In this document: positions 47,134 through 55,073 of the stretch, in pieces
Layout of the letters: every line of letters starts with the position of its first letter
Numbering within the stretch: position 1 is the stretch's first letter
Source: a virus
Taxonomy: Duplodnaviria > Caudoviricetes
Direction: 5' to 3' (one strand)
DNA length: 57,370 nucleotides
IMG/VR virus record: IMGVR_UViG_3300017707_001066
Location: 1-57,370 of that record
The notes under the pieces: model-generated
Told to the model about the DNA's origin: nothing
The model's database searches: none
The model's input: only the letters and a program-made list of their open reading frames with translations
Made by a program: the position numbers and the translations under genes

Positions 47134-48997
47134 AGTTTGTTGAACCACAACTACAACCACAATTACTAGGTGTACATGTATAGTTTGGATCTACTAATGT
47201 TTGTAAATCAATTATTTGTTTTTTAACTAACCATTTATCATCTTCTTCAGGACAGCAGTTACTAATACCATATCTAAGGTTTAATACTTGTTTATAAAGT
47301 ATCTCAGCAGACTTGCATGTAATCTTTTCATACTTCTCAGTACTACAGATAGGAGTTGAGTATCCAGGTCTTACTGTTCTTTTTGGATAGATTTGTGGAG
47401 GACACTCACCATTAGTACAATCACCAAAAGTTTCTACATAGTCTGTGGCAAAAGAAGTGAGTAATAATTTCATACAAATTCTATCTGATCTTTCTCCTGA
47501 AAGAAGAGTAATAGTTTGCACTGTACCATCACAATCAAGATAATCATAGTTGTGTGCTATACTATCATGATTTTTAATTCTTTTGCATACACATGAAAAT
47601 GTGTCAATACATTCTTGACATGTATTAAACTCATTTGCTATATCTCCTAAAAGACCTGCACCTGCACTTGTTTGTGATACTGATACTTGCCAGCATATAT
47701 CAGGACACCACTCAAGTTTAATTGTCTGTCCAATATATTGTGAAAGATCTGTAAATGTAACTATGTCAGGTTGAATTTCTAAACAATCAGATAATCTATA
47801 GTATGTAGTTTTACATGCCTCACAATCTGTAAATGATGTTACAACTGTTATTGGAACATCAGATGGAATTGGACCATTAACTTGTTCTACTAACCAACAT
47901 CCCGGACAGTCTGGAGAAATCTCTAACACTTCTCCTACATAGTTACTTAAATCTGTTGATGTATAAATTACTGTATTTAAATCATCACAGTTTGAAAGAA
48001 TATAATTTGGAGCAGGATTACAGGTAGCACAATCTGCATATACCTGTACTACAACAACATCAATTGCACAGTCACAAGTTAATGATGTATTTACTGTCCA
48101 ACAGTTTGTATATCCTTGAATTACAACAGTTTGCCCTAATGTTGCATATGGAGATAATGATTGAGCTGTTGTATAAATTGGATCTAATAATCCTTCACAA
48201 TCTACAAGTTCATAACATTGTCCCGGACACTGACCATCTACACAATCTCCATGACTTGTAACAACAAGATTAGGTCCTGGTGCAGGATCAGTAATAGGAT
48301 ATGTTAAGGTACATCCTTTCCAATAACCATTTACAAATGTTTGAATTGGGTTACCGTCACAATCTACATAGTTTAGTTTAGCTGTACCAATTATTTCATA
48401 GCAAGTACAGTCACATGGTACACATGGAGTATCTCCATCTACAACAACAGTAACTGCATTAATACAACTTGTAGATAAAGTTACATAGTAACAAGAAAAG
48501 CCAAAGTCAGCATTTACTTGTATTGATGCAAAAGTATTTAAATATGCAGATAGATCTGTGTCAGTTGTAACAGCAACTAATGCACCATCACATGGCCAAA
48601 GATCATAACACTGTGTTTCACAACTTGGACAAAACCCTGACTCTTCTCCACCACAAGGAGTTTCATAAGTACTAGTAGCATCCCAAATATAATTAGTTCC
48701 AAAAGCTGTAGGTACTACTTGTAAATTTCCATAGTTAGTACCATCAATTGGACTAGCAGGATCAGTAGCCTCACCTCTAAATACTTTATAGCATTGGTTA
48801 TTTTCTAATGGTACATAACTGTCAGTAATAGGATTATATCCAATTGCAGCAGGACCATTATAAATATTAATGCCTTCATTTGGAGCATCTGTTGTTCCAT
48901 CAAATCTAAAGTATACAATAGGTCCTCCACAGCATGGTTCAAAGCCATAGTATGATATTGAAAAGCCTGGAGGTGGTGGAGGTGGTGGAACTGACAT
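47117..48997 (-). CDS. Cys-rich repeat protein (626 aa), probable virion surface/fibre protein
   Basis: Four repeats Y-x-L-x-x-C...TDLS-x-Y...C[WY]-x-V, two repeats Y-x-DCDG...GDC-x-x-G-x-CP, and an N-terminal poly-Pro. Confidence 0.7.
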   Translation of the reverse strand: MSVPPPPPPPGFSISYYGFEPCCGGPIVYFRFDGTTDAPNEGINIYNGPAAIGYNPITDSYVPLENNQCYKVFRGEATDPASPIDGTNYGNLQVVPTAFGTNYIWDATSTYETPCGGEESGFCPSCETQCYDLWPCDGALVAVTTDTDLSAYLNTFASIQVNADFGFSCYYVTLSTSCINAVTVVVDGDTPCVPCDCTCYEIIGTAKLNYVDCDGNPIQTFVNGYWKGCTLTYPITDPAPGPNLVVTSHGDCVDGQCPGQCYELVDCEGLLDPIYTTAQSLSPYATLGQTVVIQGYTNCWTVNTSLTCDCAIDVVVVQVYADCATCNPAPNYILSNCDDLNTVIYTSTDLSNYVGEVLEISPDCPGCWLVEQVNGPIPSDVPITVVTSFTDCEACKTTYYRLSDCLEIQPDIVTFTDLSQYIGQTIKLEWCPDICWQVSVSQTSAGAGLLGDIANEFNTCQECIDTFSCVCKRIKNHDSIAHNYDYLDCDGTVQTITLLSGERSDRICMKLLLTSFATDYVETFGDCTNGECPPQIYPKRTVRPGYSTPICSTEKYEKITCKSAEILYKQVLNLRYGISNCCPEEDDKWLVKKQIIDLQTLVDPNYTCTPSNCGCSCGSTNSCNCH

Positions 48998-48999
48998 AT

Positions 49000-49188
49000 T
49001 TAACTTTTATTATATCTATCTTTTCCCCAGACTTGATTTGTCTGAGATGCTCTTACTATTGTTCTTTTTTGTTTTAAGTTAGCTTCATAAGAAGTAACGC
49101 AGCCATTACATACTGATGCTCCATCGGATGCTTTCTTCTTCTGACATCCACAGGATAAGTTTTTTTTACAGTTTGAACAAGTTGCCAT
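49000..49188 (-). CDS. Small Cys-rich protein (62 aa)
   Basis: MATCSNCKKNLSCGCQKKKASDGASVCNGC, tightly packed in the operon. Confidence 0.7.
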   Translation of the reverse strand: MATCSNCKKNLSCGCQKKKASDGASVCNGCVTSYEANLKQKRTIVRASQTNQVWGKDRYNKS

Positions 49189-49208
49189 ATTTTGTTGGTT
49201 TTAAATTT

Positions 49209-49769
49209 TTAGCAATTTACACAATCTAGTTTATTTAAAAGCTTAAGAGCATAGTTATATAATGTCATACCCTTCTGTGGATCAAGACAGTATTCTACTT
49301 TAGCTTTAGCAGCTTCTAAATACATTTTGATTAAGCCTAATTGCTCAAGCTTTTGTTTTGTTTTAAATGGTGGATCACATGCATTTACATCCACATCACA
49401 AAGAATTTTGTAATATCTATTTAATGCATAGCTGATTCTCATATGATTATATTCTACATATACTAAATCATTTGGAGAAACACTATACTTAATCACATAT
49501 ATACCATCTGGAAGATCTGCATATTGAGATCCGCAGTTAGTTGTTTGTAATTGAAGGTCACATGCAGTTAATGTAATCTGTCCACTTGTTACAAATTCTG
49601 TCATTTGAGCCCCCTCAATCTGATTAGAATAGGTAAATCCAGGAACAGTTACATTTAATGTAGGACATGTAACTGGTAACAAATCAGAATATACACTAGT
49701 ATCCATAACCTTAAGGACACAAGTATTCATTACTGTAGGAACTTCTAAACTTAATACGTGATTAGCCAT
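49209..49769 (-). CDS. Putative structural protein (186 aa)
   Basis: LPDGIYVIKYSV beta-rich core with a helical Cys-containing C-terminus, in structural operon context. Confidence 0.6.
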   Translation of the reverse strand: MANHVLSLEVPTVMNTCVLKVMDTSVYSDLLPVTCPTLNVTVPGFTYSNQIEGAQMTEFVTSGQITLTACDLQLQTTNCGSQYADLPDGIYVIKYSVSPNDLVYVEYNHMRISYALNRYYKILCDVDVNACDPPFKTKQKLEQLGLIKMYLEAAKAKVEYCLDPQKGMTLYNYALKLLNKLDCVNC

Positions 49770-49782
49770 AGGTATTTTTAAT

Positions 49783-49820
49783 AAAAAAGGGAAGAGGAGT
49801 CTAAGCTCTCTCTCCCCTTT
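49783..49820 (-). terminator. Rho-independent terminator
   Basis: On the minus strand: aaaggggagagagagc-ttag-actcctcttccc followed by T6, after the 443-aa gene. Confidence 0.75.
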
Positions 49821-49841
49821 CTAGTTATTAGTTTGTAATTA

Positions 49842-51173
49842 TTAGTCCGCTTGGATAGGAACAACTGGTGAACAGTTTGTAAGTGCTTGAATTGACTCAT
49901 TGTTGCAAGTAGTACCACAAGCAGCAACCCATGCATTCAACCAATTGTACAATGCAGTAATTTGAGCATTGATAGTTCCATCAGGAGTACCATTATCACC
50001 AGCTAATGCATATACTTGAAGTAAGTATTGATCATTATCAAATACACCAGTTGGGTTATTGAAACGTGGAACATTATGTTGCAAGTAAAGTGCATCATAG
50101 AACAAGTTTCTGTTTACTGCATCCAAGATTTGGTTACCTTGAGTAATCTCACGAATACGGATATCAGTAGCAAAGAATGATTGTCTGTAAGATTCTGACA
50201 AGATCATTTCACGAAGAACTGACTCACCAAGACCATTAGCTTGAAGACCTTCACACTCAGTAACTACACAGATACCTGTAAATAAACAAGGCTCACCGTT
50301 AAGATCTACTTCAGATGCATAGATTCTTACAGGCTCTTTTTCATAGAAGTCAGAAATTTGGAATGAACAATCACCAAATTTAGTATCTACATAAGCACCA
50401 TTAAGAACAAGACCTGAACACATATCAGCAGCATAAGCTTCTTCAGTCCAATCTTCATAGTTAGCATAAGTAAATCCTACAATTACAGGAAGTACAGATG
50501 TATCAAAGTTATTTGGATAGTAAAGCGTCCAAGTAGCACCATTGTCATCACTGAATGTTACAACAGGAAGAATGAATGGATTAATCAATGGGGAATTTAC
50601 AATTTGTGAAGCCCAAGAAATTGTTACTTTTCTAGGATCAACTGGAGCAGGTGCAATAGCAGCAGGATCACAACATCCTGTGTAACCGTCTACAGTAAGG
50701 TATGCATTGTGATTTAAGAATCTAAGTGCAGGAGAACCTTTAACATCCAAACGGAGGTAATAAGTCTCACCACATAAAAACTCTTTGCAACAGTTAGCAG
50801 TACCCTCTTCTACAGTAAATGGAGTTGAACCTACGTTCACAACCATTGCTTGAGCTGTATTAGCTTCTACTGTGTAAAGTCTAGATACATACTTAGGGTT
50901 AATTTCTTTTGATTTGTTAGATTCCAAGTAACCACCAGCAAAAGGACCAATTTTATCATTCTGATAAAGTGAACCGTTAGCAATTACAATGTTACAACAA
51001 CCAGGAGCAGCAGTAGCATAGGTAGTATCAAGGATAGTCCAAGATTTTGCATTAACAAGAGCAAGCTCCCCTTTAGCAAGTTTGTTACCTGTAGTACCAA
51101 GCTGACCTTTTGCTTTCTCAGTAAAAGTATCCATAAGGAAACTCTTATTGAATGCATGATTAAAATAAGCCAT
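49842..51173 (-). CDS. Abundant structural protein candidate (auxiliary capsid / vertex protein-like), 443 aa
   Basis: Flanked by its own promoter-like motif and terminator, implying high expression. Beta-rich, starting MAYFNHAF. The functional assignment is inference only. Confidence 0.5.
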   Translation of the reverse strand: MAYFNHAFNKSFLMDTFTEKAKGQLGTTGNKLAKGELALVNAKSWTILDTTYATAAPGCCNIVIANGSLYQNDKIGPFAGGYLESNKSKEINPKYVSRLYTVEANTAQAMVVNVGSTPFTVEEGTANCCKEFLCGETYYLRLDVKGSPALRFLNHNAYLTVDGYTGCCDPAAIAPAPVDPRKVTISWASQIVNSPLINPFILPVVTFSDDNGATWTLYYPNNFDTSVLPVIVGFTYANYEDWTEEAYAADMCSGLVLNGAYVDTKFGDCSFQISDFYEKEPVRIYASEVDLNGEPCLFTGICVVTECEGLQANGLGESVLREMILSESYRQSFFATDIRIREITQGNQILDAVNRNLFYDALYLQHNVPRFNNPTGVFDNDQYLLQVYALAGDNGTPDGTINAQITALYNWLNAWVAACGTTCNNESIQALTNCSPVVPIQAD

Positions 51174-51204
51174 TTTTCTAAGTTTTAATTAATAAATATA
51201 TACT

Positions 51205-51235
51205 ATAATATAGTGAAAGTTTTTGAACTTTCAAA
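51205..51235 (-). promoter_or_regulatory. Putative late promoter (TTTG-N19-TATATTAT)
   Basis: Recurring motif upstream of the gene start at 51173. Confidence 0.5.
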
Positions 51236-51236
51236 A

Positions 51237-51689
51237 TTATTTTAAGAAAAGTAATTTGTACTTAGCAGAGTTAATTGTGTCCTTAAGAGTATCTAAACTA
51301 TTTACAATTTCTGAGTAAGGCATTTTAGCTTGGAGACCATTTACCATTTGGTACATATCTCTAAGGTAAGCTAAAGCTTCTTCAACTGTGTTAAGTGTTC
51401 TTGGTGCAGATTCTGAATACTCAAGAATTTTTTCTGCAGCACCTTGATAACCTTCTATAAGAGTGTCAGCATGATCTGGTAAAGCATCATATAAATCATT
51501 AAGAGCTTTGTGAGCTGCATATGCACCCGCACCCTTAACTTTTAAGTGAAGTTTGTGAAAACTTGATGCAGCATTCATTAACTCTGTTGCACATGCTGCT
51601 GTCATTGTATCACAGTTTGCTGATGACCCTGCAGTAGAATAACTTGCTGTAGGTTCAACATTTCTTTTTAACATTCTTTTTGCTTCCAT
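51237..51689 (-). CDS. Ferritin/Dps-like protein (DUF5856-like)
   Basis: FHKLHLKVKG..AYAAHKALNDLYDALPDHADTLIEGYQG matches the Dps-type H..H...H...Y......D.L.E pattern. Confidence 0.8.
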   Translation of the reverse strand: MEAKRMLKRNVEPTASYSTAGSSANCDTMTAACATELMNAASSFHKLHLKVKGAGAYAAHKALNDLYDALPDHADTLIEGYQGAAEKILEYSESAPRTLNTVEEALAYLRDMYQMVNGLQAKMPYSEIVNSLDTLKDTINSAKYKLLFLK

Positions 51690-51692
51690 TTT

Positions 51693-52391
51693 TTAGTTGT
51701 TACGTTCAGCAGTTTCTGTACCTCTAGAGAATTGGTTTCCTGATTCAATATCTCCAGCAATAATACTTACTGCCTCATCTATTATTACTTCTACAATATC
51801 ATCCTTAAACTCACATTCTACATTAGTAGTAGATACTGTATTGTCATATGGATTAGTACAACCTGCAATTTGAATTCTTCTAGGTTGTCTATAATATATT
51901 AAATTGGCTGACTGGATATCAAACTCATTATTAGTATAAATATGAGTTGTATTTCCTATAAGGGTAGCAAATGTTTCTGCCCATTCAAAGCTTGGTCTTT
52001 TCTGATTATCTCTAAGAAGCTGATTTAAATTTTCTTCTTCTGCAAGATATACAGTCATCCTTCTTTTATCACAGCAGTCTTTCTTAGCATATACATCTAC
52101 TCTTTTCCACTGCATATAATTTCCCGGAAGACTTCCAAAGTAATAATATTCTTTATCTGTTAATGAAAGAGATTCGGTAGTAAGTAAAACTTGTAAGTCA
52201 TCCTTTCTTCTAGTAGAACCTTCATCACCTTCCTTAACAATATTAATACCATGCAGCTGTCTACGAACCCATTCTACTTGAGCCTTGTTGAAAGCCTCAG
52301 AAATTTGCCAGCAGTTTATGTTATCATAATCCTGACTGTCAAGCTTGTTGAGCCTTTCTTTAACTTTTATCTGTATAGTACTATTTAACAT
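51693..52391 (-). CDS. Ring / head-tail adaptor protein (crAss-like gene 74 type)
   Basis: RLNKLDSQDY...ISEAFNKAQ...DDLQVLL...YYRQP...CEF...IIDEAVSII pattern and synteny. Confidence 0.65.
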   Translation of the reverse strand: MLNSTIQIKVKERLNKLDSQDYDNINCWQISEAFNKAQVEWVRRQLHGINIVKEGDEGSTRRKDDLQVLLTTESLSLTDKEYYYFGSLPGNYMQWKRVDVYAKKDCCDKRRMTVYLAEEENLNQLLRDNQKRPSFEWAETFATLIGNTTHIYTNNEFDIQSANLIYYRQPRRIQIAGCTNPYDNTVSTTNVECEFKDDIVEVIIDEAVSIIAGDIESGNQFSRGTETAERNN

Positions 52392-52393
52392 TA

Positions 52394-52660
52394 TTATCTA
52401 TTTTTTGCCATTTTCTTTAATGTAATAGCAAGTGCTTTTCTTTTTGGAGTACAAGTAGGTTTAGTCATTGGAGTACAATACCCCTTATGAGCAGGATTAA
52501 TTGCTTTCTGAATCCACTTTTTATCTTTAGTGGCACCACCTTTCTTCATAAGAAGAATAGGAGAAGATACTAACATTTTCCTTTCTCCACCAGATTTATA
52601 TTGCTCTTCTCTATTTTTAGAAACAATTTGAGAAAGACTTGGACCATTAACAATTCCCAT
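52394..52660 (-). CDS. Small basic protein (88 aa)
   Basis: YKSGG and MKKGG motifs, and KWIQKAIN...KALAITLKK. Confidence 0.7.
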   Translation of the reverse strand: MGIVNGPSLSQIVSKNREEQYKSGGERKMLVSSPILLMKKGGATKDKKWIQKAINPAHKGYCTPMTKPTCTPKRKALAITLKKMAKNR

Positions 52661-52662
52661 GA

Positions 52663-53073
52663 CTATTTCTTTTTTCTAATTGTACCACCCTTTTTCATTT
52701 TAGCACCAGCAATTCTATCTGCGGCAGTAGGCTTAGGATTTTTATCAACACCAGCTTTTACTGAAAGCATACCAAAACTAGTAGAGCCACCTTTAGCAAA
52801 CTTTGGTCTTTCCATTACACATTTACCATCAGCTGATCTTACTTGTCCTTTTTTACAAGAATCTTTTACAGGAACAGAAGCACCAAATTTAGCTTTAGTA
52901 ATTCCACCTTTTTTCATGGTGTCAATTCCTTGATAGTTAGGACCTGTAGGTCCAGTTTGTGGAATACCATAGATTTGTCCTTTAGGTGTTGCACTACCTA
53001 CTTTAGTTTTCATAGTAGATCCACCTTTAGCCATTTTTACTTTGCCACCACATTTCATACAAGCCTTTTTCAT
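52663..53073 (-). CDS. Small Lys-rich protein (136 aa) made of segments separated by xxKGG motifs
   Basis: MAKGG, MKKGG, FAKGG, MKKGG, packed 2 nt from both neighbours. Confidence 0.7.
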   Translation of the reverse strand: MKKACMKCGGKVKMAKGGSTMKTKVGSATPKGQIYGIPQTGPTGPNYQGIDTMKKGGITKAKFGASVPVKDSCKKGQVRSADGKCVMERPKFAKGGSTSFGMLSVKAGVDKNPKPTAADRIAGAKMKKGGTIRKKK

Positions 53074-53075
53074 AA

Positions 53076-54194
53076 CTACTTCTTTTTAGATTTCATTTTA
53101 GATTTAACTTTACCACCTTTTTTATACATACCTTCCATTCTTTCCATTGCACCCATTCCTGAACCTGACATTTGTGCAGAAGATGGTGTACTATAAGATG
53201 GAGAAGTAGGAGCTGGTGTAGGAGTAACAGCATTGCTTTTTGTAACAGTAGTACCTGCTACACTACGAATAGGAACTTTAGAATTATCTTTCATTGCTGT
53301 AATAGCTGCCTTATCAATAGTACCTTTATTTAACTTATCCATAAGAGCTAAATTGCCTTTTGCTGAACCATCAGTAAGACCTAATTTTTTAGCTTCTGAC
53401 CATGAAGTACCAGTTTTTTCTGCCCATGTTTGTGACACAGTTTTAGCTGGTGCAGTTTTAGGTGCAGCTGGTTTAGTAGCTGCAGGTTTAGTAGCAGTAG
53501 GTTTAGTAGTGCTTGGTTTTGGTGTAGGTTTTGCTTTAGCAGTTGTTTTAGAACTTGTACTTGTTTTTGGTACTAAAGTATTAGGGATCATTCTAGATTT
53601 AATATCTTTTACTGCACTATATGTAGGTTTTGCAGCTGGCTTAGTAGTAGGTTTAGTTTCAGTTGGTTTAGTAGTAGGCTTAGTTGAAGGTTTAGTTGAA
53701 GGTTTAGTTGTAGCTGGTTTAGTAGTTTTAGTTGAAGGTTTACCATACATCCCACTTCTAACAGAATCCAACATTTTTTGTGTTTGTGTGTTTGCCTTAC
53801 CAACAGTATCTCTAACAGGATCTAACTTCTTCTGAATTTTTTTATTTGTATCAGAAACACTTTTTCTTACAGGATCAAGTTTTTCCTGAATTTTTTTATT
53901 TGCAGAACTTACTGCTTTATTAGCATCATCTCTAAATAAATTATCAATGTATCTATTAGCTCTAGATATAAAATCTTGTGATTGTTTTTTTGGTTTGGTG
54001 CTACCTGTTTTAGGTTTAGCAACAGGCTTAGGCTTAGGCTTAGGCTTAGGAGTAGCAGTACCAGCTGTTCCAACAACTTTATTTGAACCCGCTAAAGTTA
54101 CCTTTCCATCATATAGTTTTACACCACCTGTATAAGGTTTTACACCACCAGTTTGGTATTTTTTTATTGAAGCTTTTTTAGAAGTCTTTTTCAT
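53076..54194 (-). CDS. Lys/Pro/Thr/Ala-rich histone H1-like protein (372 aa)
   Basis: KP, TKP[AST] and KPAA repeats, three 18-aa amphipathic repeats, and terminal YQTGG and YKKGG motifs. Confidence 0.7.
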   Translation of the reverse strand: MKKTSKKASIKKYQTGGVKPYTGGVKLYDGKVTLAGSNKVVGTAGTATPKPKPKPKPVAKPKTGSTKPKKQSQDFISRANRYIDNLFRDDANKAVSSANKKIQEKLDPVRKSVSDTNKKIQKKLDPVRDTVGKANTQTQKMLDSVRSGMYGKPSTKTTKPATTKPSTKPSTKPTTKPTETKPTTKPAAKPTYSAVKDIKSRMIPNTLVPKTSTSSKTTAKAKPTPKPSTTKPTATKPAATKPAAPKTAPAKTVSQTWAEKTGTSWSEAKKLGLTDGSAKGNLALMDKLNKGTIDKAAITAMKDNSKVPIRSVAGTTVTKSNAVTPTPAPTSPSYSTPSSAQMSGSGMGAMERMEGMYKKGGKVKSKMKSKKK

Positions 54195-54207
54195 GATATA
54201 TAAATAA

Positions 54208-54480
54208 TTAACAATTCCATTTTCTAAGTGAAAGAGCTTTTCTAGTAGGTCTTCCTTTCTCGTCCTTCATAGGACCTTTAACACCAGACATTCTAGCACA
54301 AAAAGATTTTCTTCTTTTTGCTGCTTTACTATCTGGATCAAGTTTAGATGGCTTTGTAGTTACAGCCATCTTAAGTTTGCTTCCCGGATTCTCTCTTCTA
54401 TAAGAAGCAACACCTTTAGCATTAAGACCTCCTGTAGGATTCTTACCTTCTTTTCTTTGCCATGCTGGAGACTTTGCCAT
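54208..54480 (-). CDS. Conserved small basic phage protein (DUF6321-like), 90 aa
   Basis: MAKSPAWQRKEGKNPTGGLNAKG...RRKSFCARM...ALSLRKWNC. ATG at 54480 is preferred to the track start at 54531. Confidence 0.75.
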   Translation of the reverse strand: MAKSPAWQRKEGKNPTGGLNAKGVASYRRENPGSKLKMAVTTKPSKLDPDSKAAKRRKSFCARMSGVKGPMKDEKGRPTRKALSLRKWNC

Positions 54481-54724
54481 TTCTTTTAGTTTTATTAGGG
54501 TTTTCTCTATGCCATCTTTTAGTATCAGCAATACCTTCTTTAAGAGTTTTTGCTCTACCTTTTGCAGTAAGATCTATTGTATCCCATTCACCTTTATCTT
54601 TGGTAGGATGGTTAACCATAATATTACCAACTTTTCCTTCACCTCTTTTTGTAGTCTTTTTATAAACTACATGTTTTTCACCACCGGCAGTAACCTTAAC
54701 TTTTTTTGTTTTTGCCTGAGCCAT
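54443..54724 (-). CDS. Small basic protein (93 aa)
   Basis: MAQAKTKKVKVTAGGEKH..., with TAATG coupling to the upstream 51-aa ORF. Confidence 0.65.
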   Translation of the reverse strand: MAQAKTKKVKVTAGGEKHVVYKKTTKRGEGKVGNIMVNHPTKDKGEWDTIDLTAKGRAKTLKEGIADTKRWHRENPNKTKRNGKVSSMAKKRR

Positions 54725-54879
54725 TACTTTTTCTTTTTAGAAGCAGCTTTAATCTTTTTCTCTTGCTTGAGCATTTCCTTAGTAGGTTTCTTTCCAGAAC
54801 CCTTAGCATCACGGATGTTATCCCAGAGACCTCTCTGGGAATAACTACCGTCTTTTCTTTTAAGCATTTGCTTAGCCAT
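54724..54879 (-). CDS. Small basic protein (51 aa, MAKQMLKRKDGSYSQRGLWDNIR...KKKK)
   Basis: Read manually: ATG at 54879, TAA at 54724-54726. It exactly fills the operon gap and is not in the ORF track. Confidence 0.7.
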   Translation of the reverse strand: MAKQMLKRKDGSYSQRGLWDNIRDAKGSGKKPTKEMLKQEKKIKAASKKKK

Positions 54880-54881
54880 TG

Positions 54882-55061
54882 TTATTTGCTAGGCTCTGCT
54901 CCTTTAGGAGCTTTACTGATTCCACCTACACGTCCTTTAGCAACTGTCTGTACAGATACTGATAGATTAAGTCCAACAAATGTTCCTTTACTACCAGGAA
55001 CAGTTTGAACTTGTACACTTGGATTTGGGTTTTTAATTTTCCCTGTTGTATATTCAGCCAT
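54882..55061 (-). CDS. Small protein (59 aa, MAEYTTGKIKNPNPSVQVQ...GGISKAPKGAEPSK)
   Basis: Read manually: ATG at 55061, TAA at 54882-54884. Similar to the C-terminus of the upstream 168-aa protein. Confidence 0.7.
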   Translation of the reverse strand: MAEYTTGKIKNPNPSVQVQTVPGSKGTFVGLNLSVSVQTVAKGRVGGISKAPKGAEPSK

Positions 55062-55073
55062 TTTATTTATTTT

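Noticed and set aside
49000-49188. Metallothionein call for the 62-aa Cys-rich ORF
   Set aside because: It has only six Cys and sits in a structural operon full of Cys-rich proteins. A Zn-ribbon or disulfide-bonded structural peptide is equally plausible.
54481-54531. N-terminal extension of the DUF6321-like ORF
   Set aside because: The family-like sequence starts at MAKSPAW (ATG 54480). The extension lies inside the upstream gene.
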